A DNA stretch of 64,000 nucleotides from Tepidisphaeraceae bacterium (GTDB lineage: Bacteria; Planctomycetota; Phycisphaerae; Tepidisphaerales; Tepidisphaeraceae), in the NCBI GenBank assembly GCA_035936155.1, contig DASYWJ010000034.1:66586-130585 (forward strand). The letters run 5' to 3'. A program made the translations under genes and the position numbers. The notes under the pieces are model-generated. The model made no database searches. It saw nothing but the letters and a program-made list of their open reading frames with translations, and had not been told where the DNA came from. Each line of letters opens with the position of its first letter. Position 1 is the stretch's first letter. Of the stretch, positions 9,902 through 17,669 are shown piece after piece.

Positions 9902-10768
9902 CTAGTCGAGCGGATAGGGGCCCCATCCCGATTCCGGCGCCCAGACGCCGCCCGTGCGCTCAGTCGAGCCGCCGAAGCGATCCATCGAGGCCCAGATCGT
10001 ACGGAAGTTCCGGTTGGACGCTTCAGGGGCGAAATTGGTCGTCAGGGCCGAGAGCCAAGGCATGAACACCGAGCGCGGCACCCAGACGGCCGACCCGTTC
10101 GCGTAGAGCACCTGCGCCCCCTGATTGTGCTTCAGCTTCAGCCGATCCGGCAATCCGTTGATCTCAGGGCCGTTGATGATGTCGGCAAAGATGGCCTTGT
10201 TCTTCATCTTGCTGAGCTTCGGAAGCTGTGGGAACGTGTGCGGCCTTCCCGGGCCCCCTTCCGGGGGATGGCCCCAATCCAGCTCAGGGCGGCAGCCGTA
10301 GCCGGATCGAACGGTGCCGGGGGCTGTTGCACCGGGCGCGTTGTCGAAATACGCGCGGAACGGCTCGACCTGCGTCTCGTATTTGTGCAGCAGACCGGTG
10401 TACGACGGGCAGAAGAAGATCCTTGGCTCGATCTTGCCGCGCGCGTCCTCGAACAGCTTTCCGAAGGTGGTGAACCGGCTACCACGGATGATGGAGTAGT
10501 TGAACTGACTCTGCTCCACCGTGTCGTCCTGGATTCCGTTGCTGATGAATCCCAGCGGTGCCGCGTCTCGGTGCTTGTGCGCGTACATGATCATCGTCAG
10601 GTGGATCTGGCGAAGGTTGCTGAGGCACGCTGTGCGATTGGCCGCCTCTCGCGCCTTCTGAAGTGCGGGGAGCAGCATGGCGATCAGCACCGCGATAATG
10701 CCAATCACCACGAGCAGCTCGACGAGCGTGAAAGCAAATCTGCGGGTTTGACGGGTCGCGTTACGCAT
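9902..10768 (-). CDS. DUF1559 protein with prepilin-type N-terminal cleavage/methylation domain (Planctomycete pseudopilin-like)
   Basis: The ATG at 10768 with an AGGAGG Shine-Dalgarno gives [55 protein letters not shown], the hallmark DUF1559 N-terminus. The tracked ORF 9902..10957 starts with TTG and has a junk N-extension. Confidence 0.85.
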   Translation of the reverse strand: MRNATRQTRRFAFTLVELLVVIGIIAVLIAMLLPALQKAREAANRTACLSNLRQIHLTMIMYAHKHRDAAPLGFISNGIQDDTVEQSQFNYSIIRGSRFTTFGKLFEDARGKIEPRIFFCPSYTGLLHKYETQVEPFRAYFDNAPGATAPGTVRSGYGCRPELDWGHPPEGGPGRPHTFPQLPKLSKMKNKAIFADIINGPEINGLPDRLKLKHNQGAQVLYANGSAVWVPRSVFMPWLSALTTNFAPEASNRNFRTIWASMDRFGGSTERTGGVWAPESGWGPYPLD

Positions 10769-11065
10769 GGACGCCTCCTGCGGTGAGTGTTGATTCGGTG
10801 CGCCCGTAGGTGCACCGCGGCAAAGTCGCGCGACGGCTGAACGGCTCTGGGGTACGGCATTCATGAATTGACAGTCGTTCCCGCCCAGGGCGGCATATGC
10901 CGATTGTATACAACAACCGGGGGTGAGCAAGGGAGTTTCTTGCAGAATCATCAACAATGACTTCGGAATTCTTGCAGATCATTCGCCACGAGTTCAACCG
11001 CCAAGCCGCGAGGTCCCGTTGCGTCTTGGCGAACCTCCGAGTGTAAAGCCGCGCCGGGGCCATTA

Positions 11066-12964
11066 TCACCCCTCGGCCTTGCGCCATGCGGCAAGGGTTG
11101 CGTCGAGGTTGGCGGGGGCTTCCATCATGTAAGCCGCGCCTTCCCGCCGGGCGATCCGCTCGAAACGGTCGATCATGCCGGCGTAGTCCGGGCCCGCGAA
11201 CGCCGACCCGCGCGAGAGCTGGACGTACAGGATTGGTAGCTCGGCCCGCTCGACCCGGTGAAGCAGCGCCTCATTCGAACCAGCCAGCTCCCGTCCGCGC
11301 GCGAAGATGGCGGCGGCGCGGTCGCAGAAGTCTTTCGTCAGAAAGGCGATGTCCATCGGGTAGCGGATTCCGCCCGGCGGCGATTGCAACGCCGCGGCGT
11401 GCGACTCCGCCTGTTCGCGCAGCAGCGCATCGTACTCCATCAGCGCCGGCGCGGCGGCGCCGTAATGGCCGAGGATGAAGTCTCGTTTCAGCGCATTCTC
11501 ATCCAGCGACGGGTCCCACATGAGCTTCGCGATCACCCAGGACTTCAGCTCATCCCGCTCCGCAGGCCCCTGATATCCGCCCTGAGTCATGACGCCTTCG
11601 GCTTTGTTGTCGATCCAGAAGCGGATGTTGCTCGCGATCACCCCGACGTTGGGCATCGGTGCGAGATAGTGGCTGAAGTTGACGTTGTAGTCCCATATGT
11701 ACAGTCGGTCGTGCACCTTTGACCACGACTTGGTCAACGCGGCGACGGGCAGTTGCTCGGCCGGCGTAAACGGCTTCGCCCACGCGCCCACCGTGTCGTT
11801 GCACAAGCGGATGGCGACGTTCTTTCGCGGGCGGATCGTTGTGGGTACGTAGATCGTCTCGAGGTAGGCGAGGGTGTCCACCACGACCTTCGGGTGCGCC
11901 CTCTCCACCGCTTCGGCAACCTGGTTCACGAGGTAAAGCTGGTTGGCCATGTCCGTCCCGCCCTCGGCGGTGCGCAGCTCGGTGCACCTGGGACAATGGC
12001 AGATCTGGTCGCCGGCATTGTCGTTCTTGGAGACGGAGACGATCTCGGCATCGGGATGGTTCTTGAGCGCCGCCAGCACGTTGGCGGTGACGATGCGCGC
12101 GACCTGTGGGTGCGTCGGGCACAGCTGCGCAGCGTAGCGATTGCCGCTGGCGTCCTGCGCGAAGTACTCGGGGTGTTCCTTGAAGTGCGGGTCGACAGGC
12201 AGCAGCGCGGCGTGCGTGTGGACGAACAACCCGCCATAGTCCATTCGGCCGCCGTGGTTTTCAGGCACATGCGCGTCCGGCGCATTGGTGCGGTTGCGCA
12301 GGGACCAGTCCGGGTCGAACGACACCTTGTAGAACGGGTCGCGGAGTTTCAGCTTTGGCGCGTAGGTCCGCGTGACGGGAGCAATGCTGAGCGTCTCTGA
12401 CCGAGGTAGCCGGAAACTGTCCTTCGCGTACCAGCGGCAGCCGAGGTCCTCCTCGAGCAGCGCGTAGACGGCATTAACGACGCCGCGCCCGGGACCGCCG
12501 CTGAGGATCAGTGTCTCACCGTTGACGGCGATGGTGTACTGTTCATCGGGCGCATCGGGATTGGTTGTGAGACGGATCGATTTCGCAACCGGCGACGCCG
12601 CGAGCGGCAGCTCGGCGCCGGTCATCTCCCTGATCCACTGTCGCAGATCGTCGGCAGCTTTTTTCTCCGGGCCCGTCGGCTTCTCGGGAAGTTCGATGCT
12701 GTAGAGCGGCTCTCCGTCGCGCACGAGCGTGAGCGAGGATGCCTCAACCCCCTTGGGCTTGAGCGTGTTGTGCCACTGCTCCGCAATGAGGAGGTGCGGG
12801 GTCACCAGCAGAGCCAGGAGCACGCCAACGCTCACCGTGACACGGGCGTCTCGCCCGCGCCGGTTGCATGGAGCGTCGGGAATCAATCGCTTTTCACCCT
12901 TCCGCTCAGTCAGCACGGGCGGGACGCCCGTGTCACGGTGAGAGTGGTCTGTCGTCTGCATCAT
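11066..12964 (-). CDS. Putative glycoside-hydrolase-like protein (DUF4838-like; family call tentative)
   Basis: The start ATG at 12964 overlaps the upstream stop as ATGA, preceded by GGAGGA. It gives MMQTTDHS... followed by a hydrophobic signal/anchor. A CHCPRC motif and overall length recall DUF4838 proteins. The family assignment is from memory only. Confidence 0.5.
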   Translation of the reverse strand: MMQTTDHSHRDTGVPPVLTERKGEKRLIPDAPCNRRGRDARVTVSVGVLLALLVTPHLLIAEQWHNTLKPKGVEASSLTLVRDGEPLYSIELPEKPTGPEKKAADDLRQWIREMTGAELPLAASPVAKSIRLTTNPDAPDEQYTIAVNGETLILSGGPGRGVVNAVYALLEEDLGCRWYAKDSFRLPRSETLSIAPVTRTYAPKLKLRDPFYKVSFDPDWSLRNRTNAPDAHVPENHGGRMDYGGLFVHTHAALLPVDPHFKEHPEYFAQDASGNRYAAQLCPTHPQVARIVTANVLAALKNHPDAEIVSVSKNDNAGDQICHCPRCTELRTAEGGTDMANQLYLVNQVAEAVERAHPKVVVDTLAYLETIYVPTTIRPRKNVAIRLCNDTVGAWAKPFTPAEQLPVAALTKSWSKVHDRLYIWDYNVNFSHYLAPMPNVGVIASNIRFWIDNKAEGVMTQGGYQGPAERDELKSWVIAKLMWDPSLDENALKRDFILGHYGAAAPALMEYDALLREQAESHAAALQSPPGGIRYPMDIAFLTKDFCDRAAAIFARGRELAGSNEALLHRVERAELPILYVQLSRGSAFAGPDYAGMIDRFERIARREGAAYMMEAPANLDATLAAWRKAEG

Positions 12965-14490
12965 TCGTCCTCCTCGGAGATTTTCCTCCCGGTCTGCCGC
13001 TCGTAATGGCCGCGGCGGGTGTCGATGATCCACTCCGCCAGCGCTGTCGGCGGTGCGTGCTGAATGAAAAGGCTCCACCGCGGGGTGTCGAAGATCGACT
13101 GGTAGTAGAGAAACAGCTCGTGGTGCAGGTGCATGTCGCGGACGATGCGAAACATCTTGTCCTCATCGACGTCGCCCGCGTCGAGCAGACGTCGGCAGGC
13201 GTCGAAATCATGGCGGAACTTCGCGAGGTACTCGTTCTCCAGCCGCTCGGCCTCAGCGATCCCCTGCTCCATCACCGCGAACTGCTCCGGCGTCATCTTC
13301 AACCGCTCGCGCGTGCTCTTCAGCGCCTGCTGCACGTGCGCGTCGATCTTGTCCGGCGGGACGGGCTGCCAGATCGGCTCGCCCTTCTCCTTCGCCGCCT
13401 CTTCCATGCGGCCGAAGATCGACCGACCAAAGAGGATGCCGAGCTGTTTCGCCGTCAGCACGTCGGCGAGCGGACCGGACGTGTACCAGCTCGTCTCGCG
13501 AATGTACTCCCATACCAGCAGCAGCTCGCGCACGCGCCGCAGGTGCTCGCGCAGCGCCGCGTCATTATCGCCGCCCTTCTTCACCAGCGCATCCATCTCC
13601 CGCAGCACCTTCACGAGTGGAACCTGGTATCGCTCCTTGATGAGCTTCTCGCGCACCGTCGTGTCGTAGAACTGGAACAGCCGCGCCTGCTCAGCGGTCA
13701 TTGCACCGTCTTTCGTGAACCGCGCGAGCCGACCGTTCTTCTCGAGCCACGGCTGCAGCGACTCCTCAGGAGGCAGCGCGTATACGCTCGGCGGCGGCGG
13801 GATGATCGGCGCGTGTCGCCGCGGCTTGCTCGGCGTCCCCTCGATCACCAGTTCCGGGCCTTTGCCGTCCCAGTGCTCCGATGAATGGAAGTAAACATGA
13901 TGTCCCCACTCCTTGGCCGGGTCCTGGACGATGACGAGAAGCCCGCCGTTGAACTGCGGCTCCGCCAGCCACCGTCGCACGAGATCGGGCGGGAGCGCAA
14001 ACTCCAGCCACTGCGCCCGATCCACCGGTGCCGTCGCATTGACGAGCGGCCGCTCACCGCCAATCAGCTCGGGGGCAGGACTGGTGCTGCGCGTGATTGC
14101 ATCGGGTTGTGGTGGTTCGCAGATTCCGGTCCCCTCTTGCCAGTTCGCCGACTGCCGCGTTACCTCGTACAGCGCAACGGGAATTTCCGCGCGCTGGATA
14201 AAGTCCTTCGGCTTGTAGAACCGCAGCTTGGCCGACGTCACGTGCTCAATCTGCGTGGCCCGAAGATCGAACCGTACGACAGAGACCGCATAATGCTCCG
14301 CATAGATCCCGCCCATCCGTCCTGCTTCCAGCAGCGGCCCGCCGCCGAAGTTCCAGTTCGCGAACTCGCCGTCGAGCAGCGCAGCATCATCCACGAATGC
14401 GGGGCCGGAGACGGTGAATGTTTCGCTGCGTACAACCGCGCCGAACATGCCCATGCACATCAGGACAATGATAAGCCGCGTCATTGTCAT
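12961..14490 (-). CDS. Secreted hypothetical protein
   Basis: MTMTRLIIVLMCMGMFGAVV is a signal peptide. Codon usage is GC3-rich. The stop overlaps the start of the downstream gene, suggesting translational coupling. The first four codons (MTMT) lie inside the palindromic repeat. Confidence 0.65.
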   Translation of the reverse strand: MTMTRLIIVLMCMGMFGAVVRSETFTVSGPAFVDDAALLDGEFANWNFGGGPLLEAGRMGGIYAEHYAVSVVRFDLRATQIEHVTSAKLRFYKPKDFIQRAEIPVALYEVTRQSANWQEGTGICEPPQPDAITRSTSPAPELIGGERPLVNATAPVDRAQWLEFALPPDLVRRWLAEPQFNGGLLVIVQDPAKEWGHHVYFHSSEHWDGKGPELVIEGTPSKPRRHAPIIPPPPSVYALPPEESLQPWLEKNGRLARFTKDGAMTAEQARLFQFYDTTVREKLIKERYQVPLVKVLREMDALVKKGGDNDAALREHLRRVRELLLVWEYIRETSWYTSGPLADVLTAKQLGILFGRSIFGRMEEAAKEKGEPIWQPVPPDKIDAHVQQALKSTRERLKMTPEQFAVMEQGIAEAERLENEYLAKFRHDFDACRRLLDAGDVDEDKMFRIVRDMHLHHELFLYYQSIFDTPRWSLFIQHAPPTALAEWIIDTRRGHYERQTGRKISEEDE

Positions 14491-14557
14491 CCTGAGGTAC
14501 TCCGACGAATCTCCCGCGTCGATCGCTTGAGACCCTTCGGAGTACCTCAGGATGACA
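14481..14557. repeat. REP/MITE-like palindromic element, copy 2. Arms TGTCATCCTGAGGTACTCC and GGAGTACCTCAGGATGACA form a perfect 19-bp inverted repeat.
   Basis: The arms are the same as at 3461-3568 but the interior is different (about 40 nt). The element overlaps the start codon of 12961..14490 and sits just downstream of the 14578..15900 stop. Confidence 0.7.
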
Positions 14558-14577
14558 GCGACCGAATCGATGCAGCA

Positions 14578-15900
14578 TTACCACCGATACAGTTCCCCAT
14601 CCCCCGCCGCGAGCTTCAGTTGTACCTTCCCGTCGGTCAGCGCGACCTCGCGCCACTCGCCCGTCTGCTTGTCGAGCAGTTGGAGCTTCTTCCCACCCGT
14701 TTCCAGCGTCACGGGAGCGGTCGTCTCATTGCGGTAGTCACGGTTCGCGAACATGGCGTAGCGCCTCTCGCCGGGGCCGTCGAACAGCCCGACCGTGATG
14801 TGCGGGCCGTCGAAGCGCACCGCGTCCTTCCCCGTGTTGATCGTGTCGCCATCCTGGCCCATCTGGATCACCGCCGTGCTCTTCGCCTTCAGCAGGTGTT
14901 TGCCGATCGCCTGCACATCGCGATTGATCCGCTTCACCTCCTCGTACTGGTGCGTACGCGTGCCGTCGAGGTTGATGATGGCCGTGCCCCAATCCTTGCC
15001 CGGCTGCCAGTAGGTGAAATACATGAACCCCTTCCCTCCGTACGCCAGCGTCTGCATTGCCTCGAAGCGCTTTTCGGCCTCGGTGGGCAAGCGGTAGTCG
15101 AAGTGGTTGATCAGCAGCGCGATCTGCCAGAACGGGACATTCGCCTTCAGCGCCTCGCGGCGCACCACCGCCAGGTTCGCGAAGAATCCCGGCCGATCGT
15201 ACTGGTTCATGAAGTGGTAATGGTCGTAGGAAAGGATCGCCGGCTTCACCTCCGCGAGCCAGCGCTGGATGTACTCATCATACGTCGCCGTCCCCAGCCC
15301 GTGCGGCGGGCAGTAGTTCGGGTAAAGATTGACGTAAGCCGGGTGAGTCGGGTCCTTCTCCGCGAGGTACGCGAACGTCTGCGCCAGCGCGGGGAACGCG
15401 CCGGCACCGGGCTCGTCACCGATGAAGTAGCCGGCGAACGCGGGATGATTCCCGTAGTCAGCAACGATCGCGTCGATGCGCTCTTTGCCTTCGCCATTGT
15501 CATCAAATCCCGTCGGCATGCGGTTGTCGTACAGGAATGCCTTGATGCCAACGGCCCGGCAGTAGTCCAGCGTGCGCAGGTTGTCCTCCCGTGTCGGCGT
15601 CCCCTGCTCCAGCCCCGGCATCGCGTGCGTGAATCCGGCGTCGGCGACCTCCTGATAGCGCTCCAGCGAAATGAACTTCACCGGCACGCCGCACCAGAAG
15701 CTGATGGGGAAGACATCCGGCTCCCACTTCGCGGTCGGCTGCGTCGCGGGAGTCGCGGGAGTCGCGGGAGTCGCGGGAGTCGCGGGAGTCGCGGGAGTCG
15801 CGGGAGTCGCGGGCTGCGCGGGCGTCCCGCCGGACAGCACTGACGTGACCATACTGAGCAGCAGTGTGCACAGGAGGAGCGATCTTCCATTCAAGCCCAT
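14578..15900 (-). CDS. Secreted putative glycosidase with a (PAT)n linker; family uncertain
   Basis: Signal peptide, then PAQPATPATPATPATPATPATPATQP, then a TIM-barrel-like body (FWCGVP..., YQEVADAGFTH..., FIGDEPG). Confidence 0.55.
   Translation of the reverse strand: MGLNGRSLLLCTLLLSMVTSVLSGGTPAQPATPATPATPATPATPATPATPATQPTAKWEPDVFPISFWCGVPVKFISLERYQEVADAGFTHAMPGLEQGTPTREDNLRTLDYCRAVGIKAFLYDNRMPTGFDDNGEGKERIDAIVADYGNHPAFAGYFIGDEPGAGAFPALAQTFAYLAEKDPTHPAYVNLYPNYCPPHGLGTATYDEYIQRWLAEVKPAILSYDHYHFMNQYDRPGFFANLAVVRREALKANVPFWQIALLINHFDYRLPTEAEKRFEAMQTLAYGGKGFMYFTYWQPGKDWGTAIINLDGTRTHQYEEVKRINRDVQAIGKHLLKAKSTAVIQMGQDGDTINTGKDAVRFDGPHITVGLFDGPGERRYAMFANRDYRNETTAPVTLETGGKKLQLLDKQTGEWREVALTDGKVQLKLAAGDGELYRW
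15743..15814. repeat. Tandem 9-bp coding repeat (GTCGCGGGA x about 8) encoding the PAT linker
   Basis: Read directly from the sequence: cgtcgcgggagtcgcgggagtcgcggga... Confidence 0.9.
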
Positions 15901-15960
15901 GTCCCTATAAACCGCCGCCGCGCCCGAATGTTGATGTGCAATGCCCCCTGTGGGGTATCA

Positions 15961-16797
15961 TCATGCCAGCGGCAAGAAGCCCTCGCGCGCTTCTGGAGTC
16001 GCGGCGGCGTCGAGGATGCGGCGGATGGTCAAGCTCTCTGCCCGGTCGATGTTCGGCTTACCGGCCTCAAAGAAATCGAGAGTGGCGGCGGCCGTGTCGA
16101 CGAACAGCTTACTCGTCTCGACCTCGATCAGCTTCGTGCCCTTCTCGTCCGTCACGGCGGCGGCGAATGGCGTGCCCTCGGCCGCGTAGACGTTTATTGT
16201 CGCGGTGCGGTCGCCGTCGAAGTCGATCAGGAGCTGTGAATACTTCCCGTCGCCGCGGCGCAGCAGCGATACGGCGCCCGGCCCCATCACGCTGACGACC
16301 ATCTCAACGGGGTGGATCGCGTATTCGCCGAATGAGCTGCCGCCACCCCAGGCGGTCATGTGCCGCACCTCGCGTCCCTTCGCGTGCGCCTGCACGTTCG
16401 TGTAGCGCAGCGCCGACGTCGTCTGCACGGGCACGTTGTGCTTGTCGGCCAGCTGAAAAAGCGTCTGCGCCGTCGCCAGGTCCGGCGCGAATGTCTTGTC
16501 GACGTACGTCGGCTTGCCGAACTGGAAGACGCGCTGGCAGAGCTCCAGGTGCTTGTCCGGGTTGGACGGCGCGAGGACCATGTAGCAGTCGACGGCGCCG
16601 TTGAGCTCCGTGGGGTCGTCGAAGTACGGCACATCGTTCTTCCGCGCCCAGGCGCGCCCTTCGTCCTCATCGAGCGGATGGCAGCCGGCGACGATCGCGC
16701 CGCGGTGCTTCAACTGGTTGCGGTAGCTCTTGAGAAAGATGTTGGCGTGGAAGTTGTCGAGCTTGTAGTCGACGAAGCCGATGCGCTTGCCAATCAA
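15961..16797 (-). CDS. Gfo/Idh/MocA family oxidoreductase (short form)
   Basis: N-terminal Rossmann-like region with [11 protein letters not shown] (equivalent to the EKPLA motif), followed by a C-terminal alpha/beta domain. Confidence 0.6.
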   Translation of the reverse strand: MIGKRIGFVDYKLDNFHANIFLKSYRNQLKHRGAIVAGCHPLDEDEGRAWARKNDVPYFDDPTELNGAVDCYMVLAPSNPDKHLELCQRVFQFGKPTYVDKTFAPDLATAQTLFQLADKHNVPVQTTSALRYTNVQAHAKGREVRHMTAWGGGSSFGEYAIHPVEMVVSVMGPGAVSLLRRGDGKYSQLLIDFDGDRTATINVYAAEGTPFAAAVTDEKGTKLIEVETSKLFVDTAAATLDFFEAGKPNIDRAESLTIRRILDAAATPEAREGFLPLA

Positions 16798-17650
16798 TGG
16801 AGACCTCGCCGTCAGAACGCGGACGCGCGACGATACACCGCGAGTGTTGTTGACGCCACCTCCGCTGGGCGTGGACTACGCTCAGGCGAAGCGGATCGTG
16901 CAGCTCTGCGACGACGCGGGCATCGCGCTGGCGGTGAACCAGAACATGCGCTTTGACCAGTCAATCCGTGCGTGCAAGGACCTCATCAGTCGCAACATCG
17001 TGGGCGAGCCGGTGCTCGCGACGATGGACATGCGCGCGATCCCGCACTGGATGCCATGGCAGCAGCGGTTGGGCTGGGTGACGCTGCGCACTATGAGCAT
17101 CCACCACCTGGACGCCTTCCGCTGCCTGTTCGGGGATCCCACGCGCGTGTTCTGCTCGACGCGCCCGGACCCGCGGACGAGCGAGAAGTTCGCCCACGAG
17201 GATGGGATTGCGCTGTACATCCTGGAGTACGACGCAACGGACCTGCGCTGCGCGAGCTGGGATGATGTGTGGGCCGGCCCGAGCGCCGAGGGCGCGGCCG
17301 CAGACGTTCGGCATCCGCTGGCGCGTCGGAGGGACCGAAGGCATGGCCCGCGGGACGATCGGCTGGCCGAGCTACCCGAAGCCCCGAGCACGATCGATTA
17401 CATCACAAAGCCGTTTGGGGCGATGGGAGCAGCCGCGGTGGGATGAGGTGTTGTCCCCGACGCCTTCGCCGGACCGATGGCGGAGCTGCTGATCGCGCTG
17501 GAAGAGCACCGCGAGCCAACTCCGCATTCGCGCAAGCCAACCAGGGCACGAAGTTCGGCATGGAGCAGACGAAGCGCATCGGCTTCGACACGGTCGACAT
17601 CTTCACCGACCCGCTCGACATCAATCACCGCGGGACGCGAAGATCTGCCA
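16781..17650 (+). pseudogene. N-terminally truncated, multiply frameshifted Gfo/Idh/MocA oxidoreductase remnant
   Basis: Frame 1 (16781..17446) begins inside the EKPL region ([38 protein letters not shown]) and lacks the Rossmann N-domain. C-terminal-like segments continue in two other frames: 17202..17492 ([19 protein letters not shown]) and 17477..17806 (MAELLIALEEHREPT). Confidence 0.5.
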
Positions 17651-17669
17651 GCTGCATCCTTGAGCCTGA

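Noticed and set aside
12728-13022. Apparent single-base discrepancies between the displayed sequence and the ORF-track translations near 12840, 12960 and 13021. These would imply frameshifts in ORFs 12729..12941, 12770..13006 and 12961..14490.
   Set aside because: The translations in the ORF track are internally consistent, and the coordinates re-synchronise exactly at 13078 and 14490. This is most likely my mis-reading at line boundaries and not a real sequence feature. I followed the ORF-track coordinates.
15743-15814. Possible CRISPR-like or minisatellite array
   Set aside because: The repeats are contiguous 9-mers with no spacers, and they are in-frame inside a coding sequence (PAT linker). 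The same is true of the 33-bp repeats in pilQ and the GAYGCN repeats in nfeD. No CRISPR array or cas genes are seen anywhere in the window.
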